Shown piece after piece: positions 24,985 to 40,914 of a DNA stretch of 64,000 nt. The notes under the pieces were generated by a model. The model ran no database searches. It was not told the origin of the DNA and worked only from the letters and a program-made list of their open reading frames with translations. This DNA is from Eledone cirrhosa. Taxonomy: Eukaryota. The stretch spans positions 61,442,001 to 61,506,000 of the forward strand of contig OZ024746.1 of the NCBI GenBank assembly GCA_964016885.1, given 5' to 3'. Positions within the stretch are counted from its first letter, which is position 1. Each line of letters starts with the position of its first letter. Position numbers and translations under genes: made by a program.

Positions 24985-25160
24985 AGAGGACACGCAGTGA
25001 AACGCTTCTGTTCGCCATACATACATACATGCATTCCATGTAGGTAGGTGTGCGCAGCGAAACAGGCGCAGCGCCGACCGTTTTCTCCATTTTCCCCCTC
25101 TCTCTATCTATTTCGTGGAGAAACCAAATGTTTGTCGTCTTCCACCCGCATCAGGTAAGA
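24985..25160 (+). promoter_or_regulatory. Candidate CpG-rich promoter / first exon with splice donor
   Basis: Unique CpG-dense patch (gcgcagcgaaacaggcgcagcgccgaccg) ending in a strong donor CAG|gtaaga at 25154/25155. Confidence 0.35.
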
Positions 25161-25337
25161 ACCAAGTATGTATATGTGTGTGTGTTTGGGTGTTTGTGGC
25201 AGGGTATGTTATTGGGTGTTGCGATTTTGAAGGAGAGAAGACTGGTTTGTACATACAGCTAGCTAAGCTTACCACCGGGTCCTTCGGCCCTCATTTGTTT
25301 ATACTAGTTGTCATTTAGGTGTTCAGCTGCTCGCTCC

Positions 25338-25416
<79 letters not shown>

Positions 25417-25902
25417 ATTTATATATATATATAATGCGTATGTGTCTTTCTGTTTGTCAGTCTCTCTATCTTGATCGTTCCCTATCGGTATTTTCGCCCC
25501 GAGCTAAGTTATATGACTGTGTGTATAATTCGTGTCGTTATCAATATATATATTTTTTGATTTTCCTCTTTTCCTAACATTTGGACTTACGTAATCTACC
25601 TATTATGTACCTTTCTAACTTTTGAGTCTTTGTCAACACACACGCACACGGACCTCAATGTGTGTGTGTGTGTGTAGAGCATATCAAACACACATTGCTA
25701 TAGAATGACTTTGCATGATTCCACATAGCAGTTTGGTATGTGAAATGCAGGCCACATTCCTACATGTTACTTAGGTATACATGCACGGACACACCCACAC
25801 GTCGACAAGAGTGTTTTGTGTTTCATGTGTGTATGTGTCTGTATATTACGTGTGCATGTATGTGTGCGTGTATACATATATATAAATGTCTATGTATGTG
25901 TG

Positions 25903-25934
<32 letters not shown>

Positions 25935-25999
25935 ACTGCTGATGGTTATAGCTAATGACTTAATGACGACCAAGAGACGAGTGTTTTGGTGTATTTCTA

Positions 26000-26048
<49 letters not shown>

Positions 26049-26094
26049 GAAAAGTATAGAAATTGTTGTAGCGAGAAGCTAACAGTATTCCATA

Positions 26095-26151
<57 letters not shown>

Positions 26152-26164
26152 GTGTGTATATATC

Positions 26165-26217
<53 letters not shown>

Positions 26218-28362
26218 GCACACACATACGCATCTAAGAATATATATCTACACAAGTTAATGTATGTAGGGCTGTCATTGAAACTGCGTTATATATCGCT
26301 CCACTGACTTGGTATGTCTACACACACACACACACACACATACAAACGTGCACACGTAATCGTACCTCAACACCCATACATACACGTACACTCATACACG
26401 TAGACATATGCACAATATCTGTTGTACGTTCAATGTTTCGTGTACAACCCTGTCATCCTTCTATCTTCCTGTGTGTGTGTATGTATATATGTATGTGTGT
26501 GTGTATATATATATTATATTATAGTATATACATATACATATATCGTTTTTTCTATCTCCGCTTCCAATACCCTCACGGTGTCTCCGTCTTCCTTTCCCTA
26601 TCCCCTCGCTCTCCCTCTGTACTCTCCCTCTATCTCTCATGCAAACATCCGTACATGTACATACATACATTTAGGCTTTCGCACCAAACAGTCTTTGCCT
26701 CTTTAACCCTCTACCCCCCCCCCCCCTCTCTCTCTCTCTCTCTAGTGCCTGCATACTTTCTTTATACACTACACAGACACTCAAACAATGTGTCCTGACG
26801 TACCACCTTCGTTTTACCACCTTCGTTTTCCTACCTAGTCTGGGTAATTTTTATCCCTTATGTCATCTCTCCCTCTCTCATATATACACACACATATATG
26901 TGTGTGTATATGTGTATATGTATATAAACGCAGACGCATGAAGCACATTAGCAACGTAGACGTGTGTTTGCTCACTTCCTCTTTCTCTCTTTCTCACCCC
27001 CTCTTCTTCTCTATCTTTCTCACCCCCCTCTCTCTCTATCTATCTTTCTCACCCACCCCCTCTCTCTCTCTATCTTTCTCACCCCCCTCTCTCTCTCTCT
27101 ATCTTTCTCACCCCCCTCTCTCTATATATATCTATCTACCATACACTCATTCTCTCCCTCTCTCTCATCACACCATCCTGCTTTTCTCACATTTTCCTCT
27201 TCCTTTCACATCCGCAGACTTTTTCATCCCACTCCACACATTCTGCCTTTCGCTTTCACTCGGGTGGGTGCATACATACACAGATACAAGCCTACACACG
27301 TTCTGATTTCTAATTCTTCATTACACATACATGCACAGATACAAGCGTATACACGTTTTGACTCCTAATTCTTCATTACGCACACACACACACACATACA
27401 TACATACATACATACATACATACATACATACATACATACATACATACATACATCCACCCACAGATACAAGTGTGCACACATTTGACTCCTAATTCTCCGT
27501 TCTCCCCTATGTTCTGTCTAATTTACTCCCTCATTTCTGCACTCCACCTCTCTTTTTTTTTTTTCGATTTCGTTTGCTCCTTCTTTCTCTTTCGTTATCA
27601 CACTGTTGCTGGTTTTCGCTATCCCTTTCATCCCTTCACATCCACTTTACATTTTATCCTTTTCCTCCACTCTCCTTATATCATACATCCAAACCTCATG
27701 TCTATCAAGATGTCATTTTACTCTTTATCATATTTGCCCACCTTATCACTAAGGTAAGCTGGAAAACCCGCTTCAAAGTGCCGAAGGCTGGGTGGAAAGG
27801 AGGAGGAAACGGCATTAAGGTAGCGATGAAGTCCAGTTTCAGCCTTGTACTAAAGTTTGTCTTCTAAACACATCCAAGACAGTTTTGTCGTTGTCAATAA
27901 GTTTAATTACCGTAAAGAACGAAAAAGAAAATATGTCGTTGTTTCAGATCCTTCAACGGAGTGGTCAAAATTCTTTTAAATGCCATTTCCCTTCGCCTGT
28001 CTTTCGTTCTCCATTTCCCACCGTCTTCTTTCTCTGCACCTCACTTGTCTTTCTTTTACTGTCTTACTCTCTCATTGTTTCTATCTGTTTCTCACACTCA
28101 TAATCTCCATTTATTTCTCTCTCCTTTATTCACTCTCCTCTTCCAACAACAACAACAACAACAATAGCTGTAATAACTGCTTTCTTCCTTTTTGCTAATA
28201 CATTCACATATACACGTACACGCATTAAAAAAAAAAAACACGTGTACACATAGACGTTCACCTACTCACCAGACATTGGTGTAGGCACAAAACGTACACC
28301 TACACACACACACACACAAACACATTGCAATACACATGGTCTTATACACTTATTCTTGTACA

Positions 28363-30767
<2,405 letters not shown>

Positions 30768-31730
30768 CGTATATACATTACGTGTGCGTGCGTAGACACT
30801 ATTAGACTGAAAAAAGGCAGAAGGCATTAGACAAACAACTATGAATGTTTCTCGTGACACCCACATAGCCTAGCTATCCTCACAGGTGTGTACGCGTGCG
30901 CAGCTATATATTTCTAGGATGTTTGCACGTACTCTATAGTTCTTTCTCTCTCTACATCCCCCTCTCTCTCTCTCTACCACACACACGTTAATCTATTCAA
31001 TCAATCATGTACAATCCTTACACACACACACACACACACAATTGTATTGACACCATTCCACACAATCGTATACATATTTTCATACAGGCTTACATGCACA
31101 TATACTGTTCATCCATTCACACGCACTTACTCGCACATTATATACCTCCACACAAATTTACAAAACCGGAAAGCTGTGCCGGCTTCCAAAGGTATGGTGG
31201 CTGCATCTTCAAGAGGTTAAAGAACGTGTGTGCGCGCGTATGGGAATTTCTCTCTCTCTGCGATTGTAGGGTTTATAGAAATCTGAAGGAAGACATTTCA
31301 TTGATTTTTTTTTCTTTCTGTTTAAAAAAATAAAGAAAAATAACAAATGCTTTCGATTTTCACATAATTTTCTATAATGGTGGTGATCATGATGATGTTG
31401 AATGTGGGTAGTTGTTTCGAAATAAATGACTAACCACTTCTTCATTTGACTTATGTATAGCAATATGTTTTTGTAATATTGTATGTTGTGTAATTATTAT
31501 CACTAATTAGTTAATTTTTCAAGTCTATGATCCAGTTTTTAACTTTTAGTTGTTCGACCGGCTAGAAATAGCAGCCAAAACAAAATTCGCCTAATCATAT
31601 TCTATCTTGAAAGAAAAAAAAAAAGGAAGGTTACATTGGATAATGTAGTTCTGAAAATCAGATGAGGTGGTCATAGCTGAGAAAACTTTGACTAAACAAC
31701 AATAATTTTCCATCGATCCAGTTCACTTTA

Positions 31731-32012
31731 TTACCAGTGACTGAGTGAGAAAGGCATGAATGTCACTCAATCTCGTATCCCTTTTTTTAAAATGAAGGCT
31801 TTTTACCAGTGACTGAGTGAGAAAGGCATAAATGTCACTCAATCTCATATCCATTTCTTTTAATGAGGTCTTTTTACCAGTGACTGAATGAGAAAATCAT
31901 GAATGCCACCTAATCTCATATCCCGTGTAATGAGGTCTTTTTATCAATGACTGAGTGGGAAAGGCATGAATGTCACCCAATCTTGTATCCATTTCTCCTA
32001 ATGAGGTCTTTT
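31731..32012. repeat. Tandem ~68-72-bp repeat, 4 copies
   Basis: ttaccagtgactgagtgagaaaggcatgaatgtcactcaatctc... repeated. Confidence 0.92.
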
Positions 32013-32619
32013 GCATAGAAGCTGAATTTTTTTCTGTGATTACATGGCTGAGTGGTGTAAACTACAGGAATGGGAAACAAGATCGCTGGAAATTCCCAGG
32101 TTCATTCAGGAAAGGGGGAAAACAGCAGGAAGACACCTAAGTGGGCCCAGCTCCCTTAGAATGTCAGGAGGAATAAAAGGCCAAAACACTTGCTTGATTG
32201 GGAGTTCTTCCTCTGAAAATCCTGCTGCTGCCTGCTTACCCTGTCACACATTTCCACCTTCTAGTTGGGATGGTGTCTTTTTGGACTGCAATTATTGAAT
32301 ACTTTTTCTACAGCTTACCATTGACCTGTGAGGTAAGAATCAAAGTTGTTGCTATTCAATTAGGTTGAGACAACAAGCAACGATATCTGGTATTACCCCA
32401 TTAATATATTGAATCAAGGCTGTGGTAAAGATTGTATTTTATAGTTCATCTCCTTAATCTTGCAGCTGTCGTCACAATAATCTATAGAAATTAGTCAGTC
32501 ACTCACTTTCTCAACAAACAAAGAATGCATTATTATTGGTTGAGCAAACAAAGGAGCCTTTATGTGGTAGAGCACCCAAATCTGTCTCAAATATTAAATA
32601 ATGTAGCCTTTGGGTGAAA

Positions 32620-32960
32620 GGGTAAAAACTATCCTCGGTCACAAATGACCATAGGTTTTGCACCTAGAAAGTTCCACTCCAAGGCATAAGCCCTCGCAAG
32701 GAGTTTTTGTGGAAGACCAGCTGTCAACCATGAATACCAGTCTCCCTTCTCCATACTACCATTGGTGTCCAAGGGAAAGGCAATGGCTGATACAGCTTGG
32801 CACCAGTGATGTCACAACTCATTTTATCAGCTGAATGAACTGGAGCAATGTGAAATAAAGTGATTTGCTCAAGGGCACAATGCACCACCCAGTCTGGGAA
32901 TCAAACTCTCAACCTCATGATAATGAACCTAACACTCTAACCACTAAGCCATGCACCTTC
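32620..32960 (-). mobile_element. tRNA-headed SINE (family B head, different 3' half)
   Basis: Reverse complement of ggcttagtggttagagtg...gagtttgattccc...ccttgagcaaatcacttt; 3' part matches 19050-19250 and 54870-54950. Confidence 0.8.
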
Positions 32961-33774
32961 AGACAATGTAGTCCTACATACCACTAATTTTATCTTGGGA
33001 ATTTTACCTGCCCTAGATAGATAGATACCACTAAAAAAATGGGATTATATCTAGAGTGATCAGAGTTGACCTGGGACTAAATACGCTCACACAACAACAC
33101 CACTGCCACTAACACCACCACCACCAACTACACTTTGTTGGAAAAATATCTCCCCCCTCCCCCCATCATGATCATCTCATTGTTATTTCTGGGGGAAAGT
33201 AAATACAGTCAAGATAACTTTCTTGCAAACCAAATCAGCAAACGTGTTTCAATTCTTAGCTGGAATAATTTCACTTAATTCACATTGCTTTGGAAAACTA
33301 CAACCACCTCAGCTCTTCAAAATCCCTAAAATTTTCAATCTTCTAGTGCTATATAAATATTTTTCATGATGATCTTCACCATTGTCTATATTTCTGTTTG
33401 CACAATATCCAAAAATAGGACATCGGACTTTAGATGAGGTGATGTTTTCTAAGACACTACAATTTCTTTAAAAGGTTATAAACTATCTATTGTTGTTCAT
33501 ATATTCCAATTTTTTTCATTTCCTTTCTTTTTTCTTTGAATTTCTATGACTTTTTACTCTGACTTCATTGACTGTTCAGGAGATAACAATGCATATTTTT
33601 AATGACAATACATATATGTTTTCTTTTTCTATTGAAATGCACTGTCCCATAAGAACATAATTCCATTTGTGTATAGTCTATGACATTGGTAGTTTTGTGC
33701 TTGTATGTTTGTACTAAACACATAAGACTAATATTTTACACAAACACTAGTTATTTGCAGTAGCTTTTAATGTC

Positions 33775-33806
<32 letters not shown>

Positions 33807-33807
33807 A

Positions 33808-33996
33808 GTTATTCCGGGTTGAATCGGAGGTAACCACAGTAAGTAAGGTACTCAATACATAGCAGAGTATAAAAGTTTTAATATAGAAGAGCTTCTACAG
33901 GACTAGAACTGTTTCATTCGTGAGAAATCATCAGGAAGCTTCCTGATGATTTCTCACGAATGAAACAGTTCTAGTCCTGTAGTAGCTCTTCTATAT
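33808..33996. mobile_element. Penelope-like terminal element (family F) with 116-bp palindrome 33881-33996
   Basis: Zero-loop palindrome centred on AAGCTT (33938/33939); TA arrays both sides; family copies at 43770-43892, 47260-47350 and 55028-55216. Confidence 0.8.
33890..33940 (-). ncRNA. Type I hammerhead ribozyme (mirror copy 33937-33987, +)
   Basis: agcuuc CUGAUGA u-uuc-ucac-gaa-u GAAA cag-uucuaguc-cug UA gaagcu: 6-bp stem I, 3-bp stems II and III, GUA cleavage triplet. Confidence 0.8.
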
Positions 33997-34203
33997 ATAT
34001 ATATATATATTATCATCATCATCATCATCATCACCGTTTTACGTCCATTCTTCCACGCTAGCATGGATTAGACGGGCTGTCCTGTTGTGGGCAATACCAG
34101 GTCAAGTGACCATATCTTGCTCATACAGAACTGATTTTGGCTTGATTTCTACAGCTGGATGCCCTTCCTAACACCAACCTCATTTACAGTGAGTGCTGGA
34201 AGG

Positions 34204-34239
34204 TTTCGACGTTTCAGACTTAAGTCCTTCATCAGGAAA
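34204..34239 (-). ncRNA. Minimal type I hammerhead ribozyme
   Basis: uuuc CUGAUGA a-ggac-uuaa-gucu GAAAC GUC gaaa: intact core, GUC triplet, palindromic ACGU in place of stem III. Confidence 0.78.
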
Positions 34240-34477
34240 GTTGAGAGGAACTCCGAAATATATATCCCTGTCAGGTGGTAGTTGTGGTGCCATGAAAAGA
34301 TGCACTTAGTGCACACTAGTTAGCATTAGGAAAGGCACCCAGCTGTAGAAACCATACCGAATGGAATGTGTGAGAGTGAGATGCAGTCATCTGACCTATC
34401 TAGCCTCTGAATGTTAGAGCTTATGCAAGTATGGAAAATAGACATAAAAGAGTGATGATGATGATTGTGCATATATT

Positions 34478-34509
<32 letters not shown>

Positions 34510-34604
34510 TTGTGTGTGTATATATATTATATTATATAGTGCAAGGTCTATAACATTTAACAAAACACAGAAAGCACAGTTTGCTGAATGAAATAAACAA
34601 AGGA

Positions 34605-34638
34605 TTTTACGTTTCGGACTTTAGTCCTTCATCAGAAA
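34605..34638 (-). ncRNA. Minimal type I hammerhead ribozyme in a Penelope-like terminus (~34530-34800)
   Basis: uuu CUGAUGA a-ggac-uaaa-gucc GAAAC GUA aaa. Confidence 0.78.
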
Positions 34639-35218
34639 GAATAGAGTAGGGAAGCAAAAAAGAACAAGGAAAAAAATAATAATCGTGGGTATTATTTAGA
34701 AAAAGGGGAAGAGGAAATATTGCGAGGGTGGGTGAAAACACAGTCCTCTGCGGTGTCATCAGGAGGGAGTTTTGAAGTAATGTTAACTGTGTATATGGGG
34801 AGGGGGGGGGGGGCATTCAATAGTGCTGGTGTATGTGTTTGAGTGAGATATATCAACTACATGTGTTGAAGCACATTGATTTCTGTGGGTGCAAGGATCC
34901 TGTGGTACGGTTTGTGTACTTGCATGTGTAGTGGCATGTGTGAGTAATTTTTGCATGCTGGTGTGTGTGTGATATAAAACGTTGTGGTAAGCATTGTGTA
35001 TATGTGAATTGAAGAGGGAGAGAAATAGAGAGTGAGGGGGTGAATTAGAAAGAAGCAAAGAGAGAAAAAAGTGTTCACAGAGCAACAGGAATAGTTGCGT
35101 GGTACGAATTGTACCGAGAAGAGTGAGGTGAGGGGAACATAGATGTATTAACAGTTAAGTTATAAAAATTGAATGTCATATTAGTAATATGAAATTATAT
35201 GCAAAAATATACCATAAG

Positions 35219-35390
35219 ATAATTGTTTCTACTTTTGGTACAAGGCCAGCAATTACTGGTACTTTATTTTATCGACCCCATAAGGATGAAAGGTAAAGTT
35301 AACCTCGGCGGGGTTTGAACCCAGACGGTAAAGGGGCGTAACTCTATGCTGCAAAGCATGGCGCCCGACTCTCTACTGATACTGTCAATA
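35219..35390 (-). mobile_element. SINE family A
   Basis: Reverse complement of the family consensus with a small deletion. Confidence 0.85.
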
Positions 35391-35391
35391 A

Positions 35392-35612
35392 CCCTTTAGT
35401 TGCCAAAACCGGATCTGGTGGTATGAAATAAATCACTCATTAAAGGTTTCCAATTTAAATTAAAATCTTCCAACATCATTTTATATAAGAACCTTACATT
35501 ACGTTACTATCTTAGTAATTAAATGATTTTAAAATGTTAGTAAATCTTTCAAAATTCTTCATTAATTAATTAAATTAGAGTGCATTTCATTAGAAATGCG
35601 GTCATGAAAGGG
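35392..35612. mobile_element. TTAA-type (piggyBac-like) MITE
   Basis: ataa|CCCTTTAGTTGCC ... GGTCATGAAAGGG|ttaa; inverted homologue at 36336-36566. Confidence 0.75.
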
Positions 35613-36335
35613 TTAAGAAAGTAAGACACAGAAACAGATATGGTAAAGCACAATCCTATCATCAGCTGTTGTATGGAAGCTACAAACACCGTTTTGGCAC
35701 TTTAAACAACAGAAATCTTGACTGTTACATGGATACTATTCAAAGTACAAAGTTGCATATCAATAGCAAAACTAAAAAAAAACGATTTCCTAAATAAATA
35801 TGGTTAAAAAAAAAAAATAACATTGAATCACACAGTATTAATACCAATAATTACCAGTTTATACATCAAAACACATTTTTTAAATAAATATGGTGCTGTA
35901 GCTCTAATGAATACTTAAACTTGCTGTTTTACACTTATCCATCATACTTGATTGACTACTTTCCTACTCATTGAAGTCACTCATCACCACAGTACTGTAT
36001 ATATCACTTATTTCAAATTAGGTGGTTCAATGTAGTTTAAGGCTATAACTATTAACGTGAAAATGATAAATACAGTAAATATATATATTAAAAAAAAAAT
36101 CTATTTCAAAATTTCCAAAATGTTAGGAAGGTCATCCAGCTGTAGAAAACCTGACAGATACAGTCCTATACGAGTGAGATATGGTCACCCAATCAACCTT
36201 TCCTCAAGTGGGACAATTCCCATCTAACCCATGCTAGCGTGGAAGATAATAAACGTTAAACGATGATGATGATGATGAAGGGCAACAAATGAGTTTTGAT
36301 GAAGGGATTTTATTCTGAAAAAGATGGTCTTTTAA

Positions 36336-36566
36336 CCCTTTTATGACTGGCTTTCTAATGAAATACATTATTTTAATTAGTTAATGAAGAATTTTGAGGG
36401 ATTTACTATTATTAATTATTTCATTACTAAGATAGTAACTTCATGTAAGGTTCTTATATAAATAAAATTATGTTGGAAGATTTTAATTTAAATTGGAACC
36501 TTTTAAAATGGGTGACTTTATTTCATAAAACCAGAGACAGTCTTGGCTGGGTTGGTAACAATAGGG
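36336..36566. mobile_element. TTAA-type (piggyBac-like) MITE
   Basis: ttaa|CCCTTTTATGAC ... GTAACAATAGGG|ttaa. Confidence 0.78.
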
Positions 36567-36814
36567 TTAAACAATTACAAAATAACATTCCAACAACTTG
36601 ATTATCATATTTTTAACAATTCACGTGGTAACCTTCTAATAAAACACTATTTTCTACATTTTACACAAACTGCAAACTGTAGCAAACAAGCAAACTGCAA
36701 CATCATCTTAATTCTTAAGCTTTATTTCTGTATAGAAAACTGAAGTAGAAATTTAGTATGACTTTAAGTTATAATTACATAGTAACTCTTTAAAATTTCA
36801 ATCATAAAAGTTCA

Positions 36815-37260
36815 TTAAAATTCAGCGAAACTGCTCTGTTCATTATACTGAGCATGAATTAAAGCTTTATAATCATCAGGAGAGATGATATAATCATACG
36901 GATCCTCTTCATTGCTGTCTATAATTATAGGTTCTACATCACTTGCTACTTCATCATCATCATTATCCCATAGATATTTGTCTTCTGTTCCATCAAATAC
37001 ATTTGAAATTCCATTTCTTGGAATCATAATGTCAGCTTTTATTTCCTTCCATGAATTAGTGATCCATTAATCGAGAAGAGGCAGTGATGGAACTCATATT
37101 GTCTCCTTTCATCTATGATTTCTCTCTCAATCCAGTTATTCCATTTCATCCTCATCGTGTCTTTTAATGGTTTATTGATACCAACATTTACTGGTTGCAA
37201 AACACTTGTATGTTTGCCAGGAACTATCATTGTGTCAATGACAATATTCGTTGATATTTC
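36815..37260 (-). pseudogene. pogo/Tigger-type DDE transposase C-terminal remnant
   Basis: IVPGKHTSVLQPVNVGINKPLKDTMRMKWNNW and GISNVFDGTEDKYLW match the pogo motifs IPGG.TS.LQPLDV.INKPFK and GISN.LDG.EDD.LW; catalytic D replaced by N; frameshifted. Confidence 0.85.
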
Positions 37261-37433
37261 AGTGATTAGGCAGCTTTTCAGCTTTAAAGGAGATTAATAA
37301 TCTAAAGAATCTGTGTGTGAACCAGAAGCTGGAACTTAAAAGCAAATTAGAAGCTGGTTGTTTGATGGCAAGAGTTTGATGGCATGTACAGCGTTTGTTA
37401 TAAAGCAGGACAGTCTCATTGCATTTTCTTTAA

Positions 37434-37654
37434 CCCTTTAGCATTTAAACTGGCCATATCCGGCCAGAATTCTCTCACTTTTTTCTGTTCAAACTGACTG
37501 TAACTGGCTGCTCATACTTATGTTAAGGTATTGTTCTCGAAATAAATAATATCAAAATCTCATAGATTTGGTATTATGTGAGATAATTATGTGAGGTAAA
37601 GCTTCTAACGCGAAAATACAATAGTAAATATAGAGTAATGTAAATGCTAAAGGG
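37434..37654. mobile_element. TTAA-type (piggyBac-like) MITE, second family
   Basis: ttaa|CCCTTTAGCATTTA ... TAAATGCTAAAGGG|ttaa, perfect 14-bp TIR; inverted homologue at 52223-52411. Confidence 0.88.
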
Positions 37655-37771
37655 TTAAAATGCGATTTTGATACAAATTCTGAATCATCAAGGAAAAGCA
37701 CTGATATTAAAATATCAAATTACACAAATAATGTATTATATGAATCAAATGGAGACTAATTATAGAATAGA

Positions 37772-38084
37772 TCAGGGGGTCTGAAATATGAGGCCTGTGG
37801 GCTTCAGGCAACCTGCAAACTACTTTTTGTGACTAATTATGGGAAATTTGAAATAGGAAATTTGTCCCCCTGTATTTTGTATTAATTCACCTAATATCAC
37901 CTTATATCATATGTGTATTCATTTTGATGAAAAAAAAAAAAAAATGAATAAATAAATAAATAGCAGCCTATCAGCTGTATTGAAGATTAGCATTATAACT
38001 GGTGGAAATCACTCCCCCACCTCATCTCACTTTTGGCTCTCTGTGCCTCTCTTCCTGGATTTAATGGACCCTTTGAGACCCTTG
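37772..38084. mobile_element. Decayed hAT-type MITE
   Basis: cagggggtctgaaa ... tttgagacccttg; partial homologues at 2580-2790 and 52497-52620. Confidence 0.6.
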
Positions 38085-38659
38085 GAATGAATGAATGCAA
38101 TTTCAAGAACCTCATTAAACAGAACACAAAATGCATTATTACACCACTCCATAAACCAATACTTATACTATTGTACAAAAGCACTAAAATTAAGACACTT
38201 CTTATCACTAACAAACTACAAACAAGTGACCAATGTGATTTAAAAATTAGATTACAAATGTGAGAGTTGTAAACTTCATGACCATACAAATAATGCATTC
38301 TCCCACTAGCTTACCATCAACTTAGAGCAATGCACTACACCACCCAACACAAAATAAAATGTTAATGGCTAACACCTCTATATTCTCCAGAATTCCCTGC
38401 AAAAATGGAAAAAATTGCTCATAATACAACACAGCGTTAAAATAAATATACAAACAATGTAGACTAAACACCTGACAGATGACGTATAAATGTAATGGAG
38501 AAAATTCAAATTCCTGCAGTGATGTCTACACCAATCATTGGCTCTGCAAGAGGCAACGACATCACTTCATCCTGAAGTAGAGACTGTGAAAATTCACAAA
38601 TGCTGATGATGGATTTAAGACCTTTACTGTTTCAATTAAACTTTAAGGAACTTGAATAA

Positions 38660-39445
38660 TATGATAAATTGACAGAATTGTTAGAACATTGAACAGAATG
38701 CTTTCCTACATTTAGTTACTGCCCTTTTCATTCTGTGTTTAAATCACCCAAGGTTGACTTTGCCTTTTATCCTTCTGAGATCTATAAAATAAGTGTCATT
38801 TGAATACAGGGGTATGTATATACAATCAACTTTCCCTCCCCCAAATAAATTCATCAGGCTGATCACCCATTAATGGATACCTCTGATCTCTGAAAAGTGA
38901 AGCAAGAAAATCTTTCTATCTTCAATAGTGCATATAATAATAATGTTTCTACTTTTGGCACAAGGCCAGCAATTACCCCAGTGCATTACTGGTACTTTAT
39001 TTTATCAACCCCTGTAAGGATGAAAGGCAAAGTTAACCTCGGCAGGTTTGAACTCTGAACGTAAAGGACCATAACTCTATGCTGCAAAGCATGGTACTGA
39101 TGCTCTATCGATACTGCCAAACCAATAATGTTTTTACTTTTGGCACAAGGCCAGCAATTACACCAGTGTATTACTGGTACTTTAAATTTATCAACCCCTG
39201 TAAGGATGAAAGGCAAAGTTAACCTCGGCGGGGTATAATGGTTCTGATTTAGGCACAAGACCAACAATTTTGGGGGAAGAGAAATCGATTAAATCAACCC
39301 CAGTGCATTACTGGTACTTTATTTTATTGACCCCGTAAGGATGAAAGGTAAAGTTGGTTTCTGTGGAATTTGAACTCAGAATATAAAAAGCTGGAACAAA
39401 TACTACAAGGTGTCTTGCCTGATTTTCTAATGGTTCCGCCAATAA
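38660..39445. mobile_element. Cluster of SINE family A copies (one +, three - strand)
   Basis: Core ggatgaaaggcaaagttaacctcggc repeated at ~39018, 39204 and 39339; decayed + copy at 38660-38845. Confidence 0.85.
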
Positions 39446-40539
39446 TAATAATAATGTGTTGGTATATATTTATTTAATATATGTTTATGTATATATGTAG
39501 TCTCTCTTGAAGTTTATATACATATATATATATATATATATCTGTATTACTCTCTCTATATATATATAGATGTTTACCCTATCTTATACATAGTATATAC
39601 CATGCGTGTTGATAGTTGAATTTTCCTACTGTGTTTGTCTGCCACTGTTCTCTCTCCAAACTCTACCACAATCCTATCACCAATACCACCCTGAAGCAGA
39701 CTTCACCAGACAAACAGACACACACACAGACAGACAGGCAGGCAGGCATCAGCAGTGTAATAAATAACATACGCTGGGTTTACTCTTTCCTTCAGTTGAG
39801 GTGCTGTGTACATGCACTAGCTGTCGAAGTTACTGCTGCACAGCAGCCTGACTGATGTCTAGACCGAGACTAGAGACTACAGTTAGTAGTTATTAGTAAG
39901 TGACTTTATTGGTACTTCTTAGTATCATATCTAGCAACTAGTCTCTTTAGTGAAGCTATTCGGTGCTTTCGAAAAACAAACACCACCAACACTAGGGTTG
40001 CCAGAAACACAAATAACAAGTCATGAAGTGAGAATTAAATTGAATTGAAAGATGTGGAAACCAGCTAAGCTCTTTTGTTTGTGTGTACATATGTAGTTAG
40101 TGGTGTACTTGAATGTTCAGAGTTTTGAGATATTGTGTAATTTGATAGAGCTCTTGTTGGCACTGTCTTGTTTGTAATCTACCAATGAATGGAGTTTCAC
40201 TGCAATATTTTATTATTACTATTATTATTATTATTATTATTGTTATTGTTATTATTATTGTTGTTGTTATTGTTATTATTGTTGTTGTTATTGTTTGTTT
40301 GTTTTTATTTTGTTACATTTTTCTCCTGTAGCTATTGTCTTTGTGGATGTGTGTCGATTAATAATTGTGTAACTGTAGCTATGTAAACATGTGAATATGT
40401 TTATGTAGGTTTTAGAATGCATTTTGTGTTTGTGTGTATGTGTGTGTGTATATATACATATATGTGTGTATGTGTATAAGTATATATATATATTATATAT
40501 ATACATACATACATACCTATATATATGTGTATGTAAAAC

Positions 40540-40700
40540 GTAAACAGAAATAACAACACAATCGGTACAGTATATGGAAGGAATATATTAGATTTGAAAT
40601 AGCAGGAAGAGGGTCTTAACGTTTTGGACGCTAGTCCTTCATCAGAAGAAAGAATGAGAATAAGATAAATTGAAGGGTGGGGTAGAATTGGAAAAAATGT
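40540..40700 (-). mobile_element. Penelope-like terminal fragment (family E); hammerhead 40614-40649 with G12 to A change
   Basis: ucuu CUGAUGA aggac uagc gucc aAAAC GUU aaga. Confidence 0.68.
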
Positions 40701-40703
40701 CTT

Positions 40704-40806
<103 letters not shown>

Positions 40807-40914
40807 TTATATATATATACTCATACATACATACATATATACATATGTGTGTGATGTGTGTGTATGCATGCATTAAATATAACCGAAAGCTTCAGAAGTT
40901 TTCTTTGCAATCAT

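Noticed and set aside
31731-32012. CRISPR-like ~70-bp periodicity
   Set aside because: The whole unit is repeated; the putative spacers are homologous to each other.
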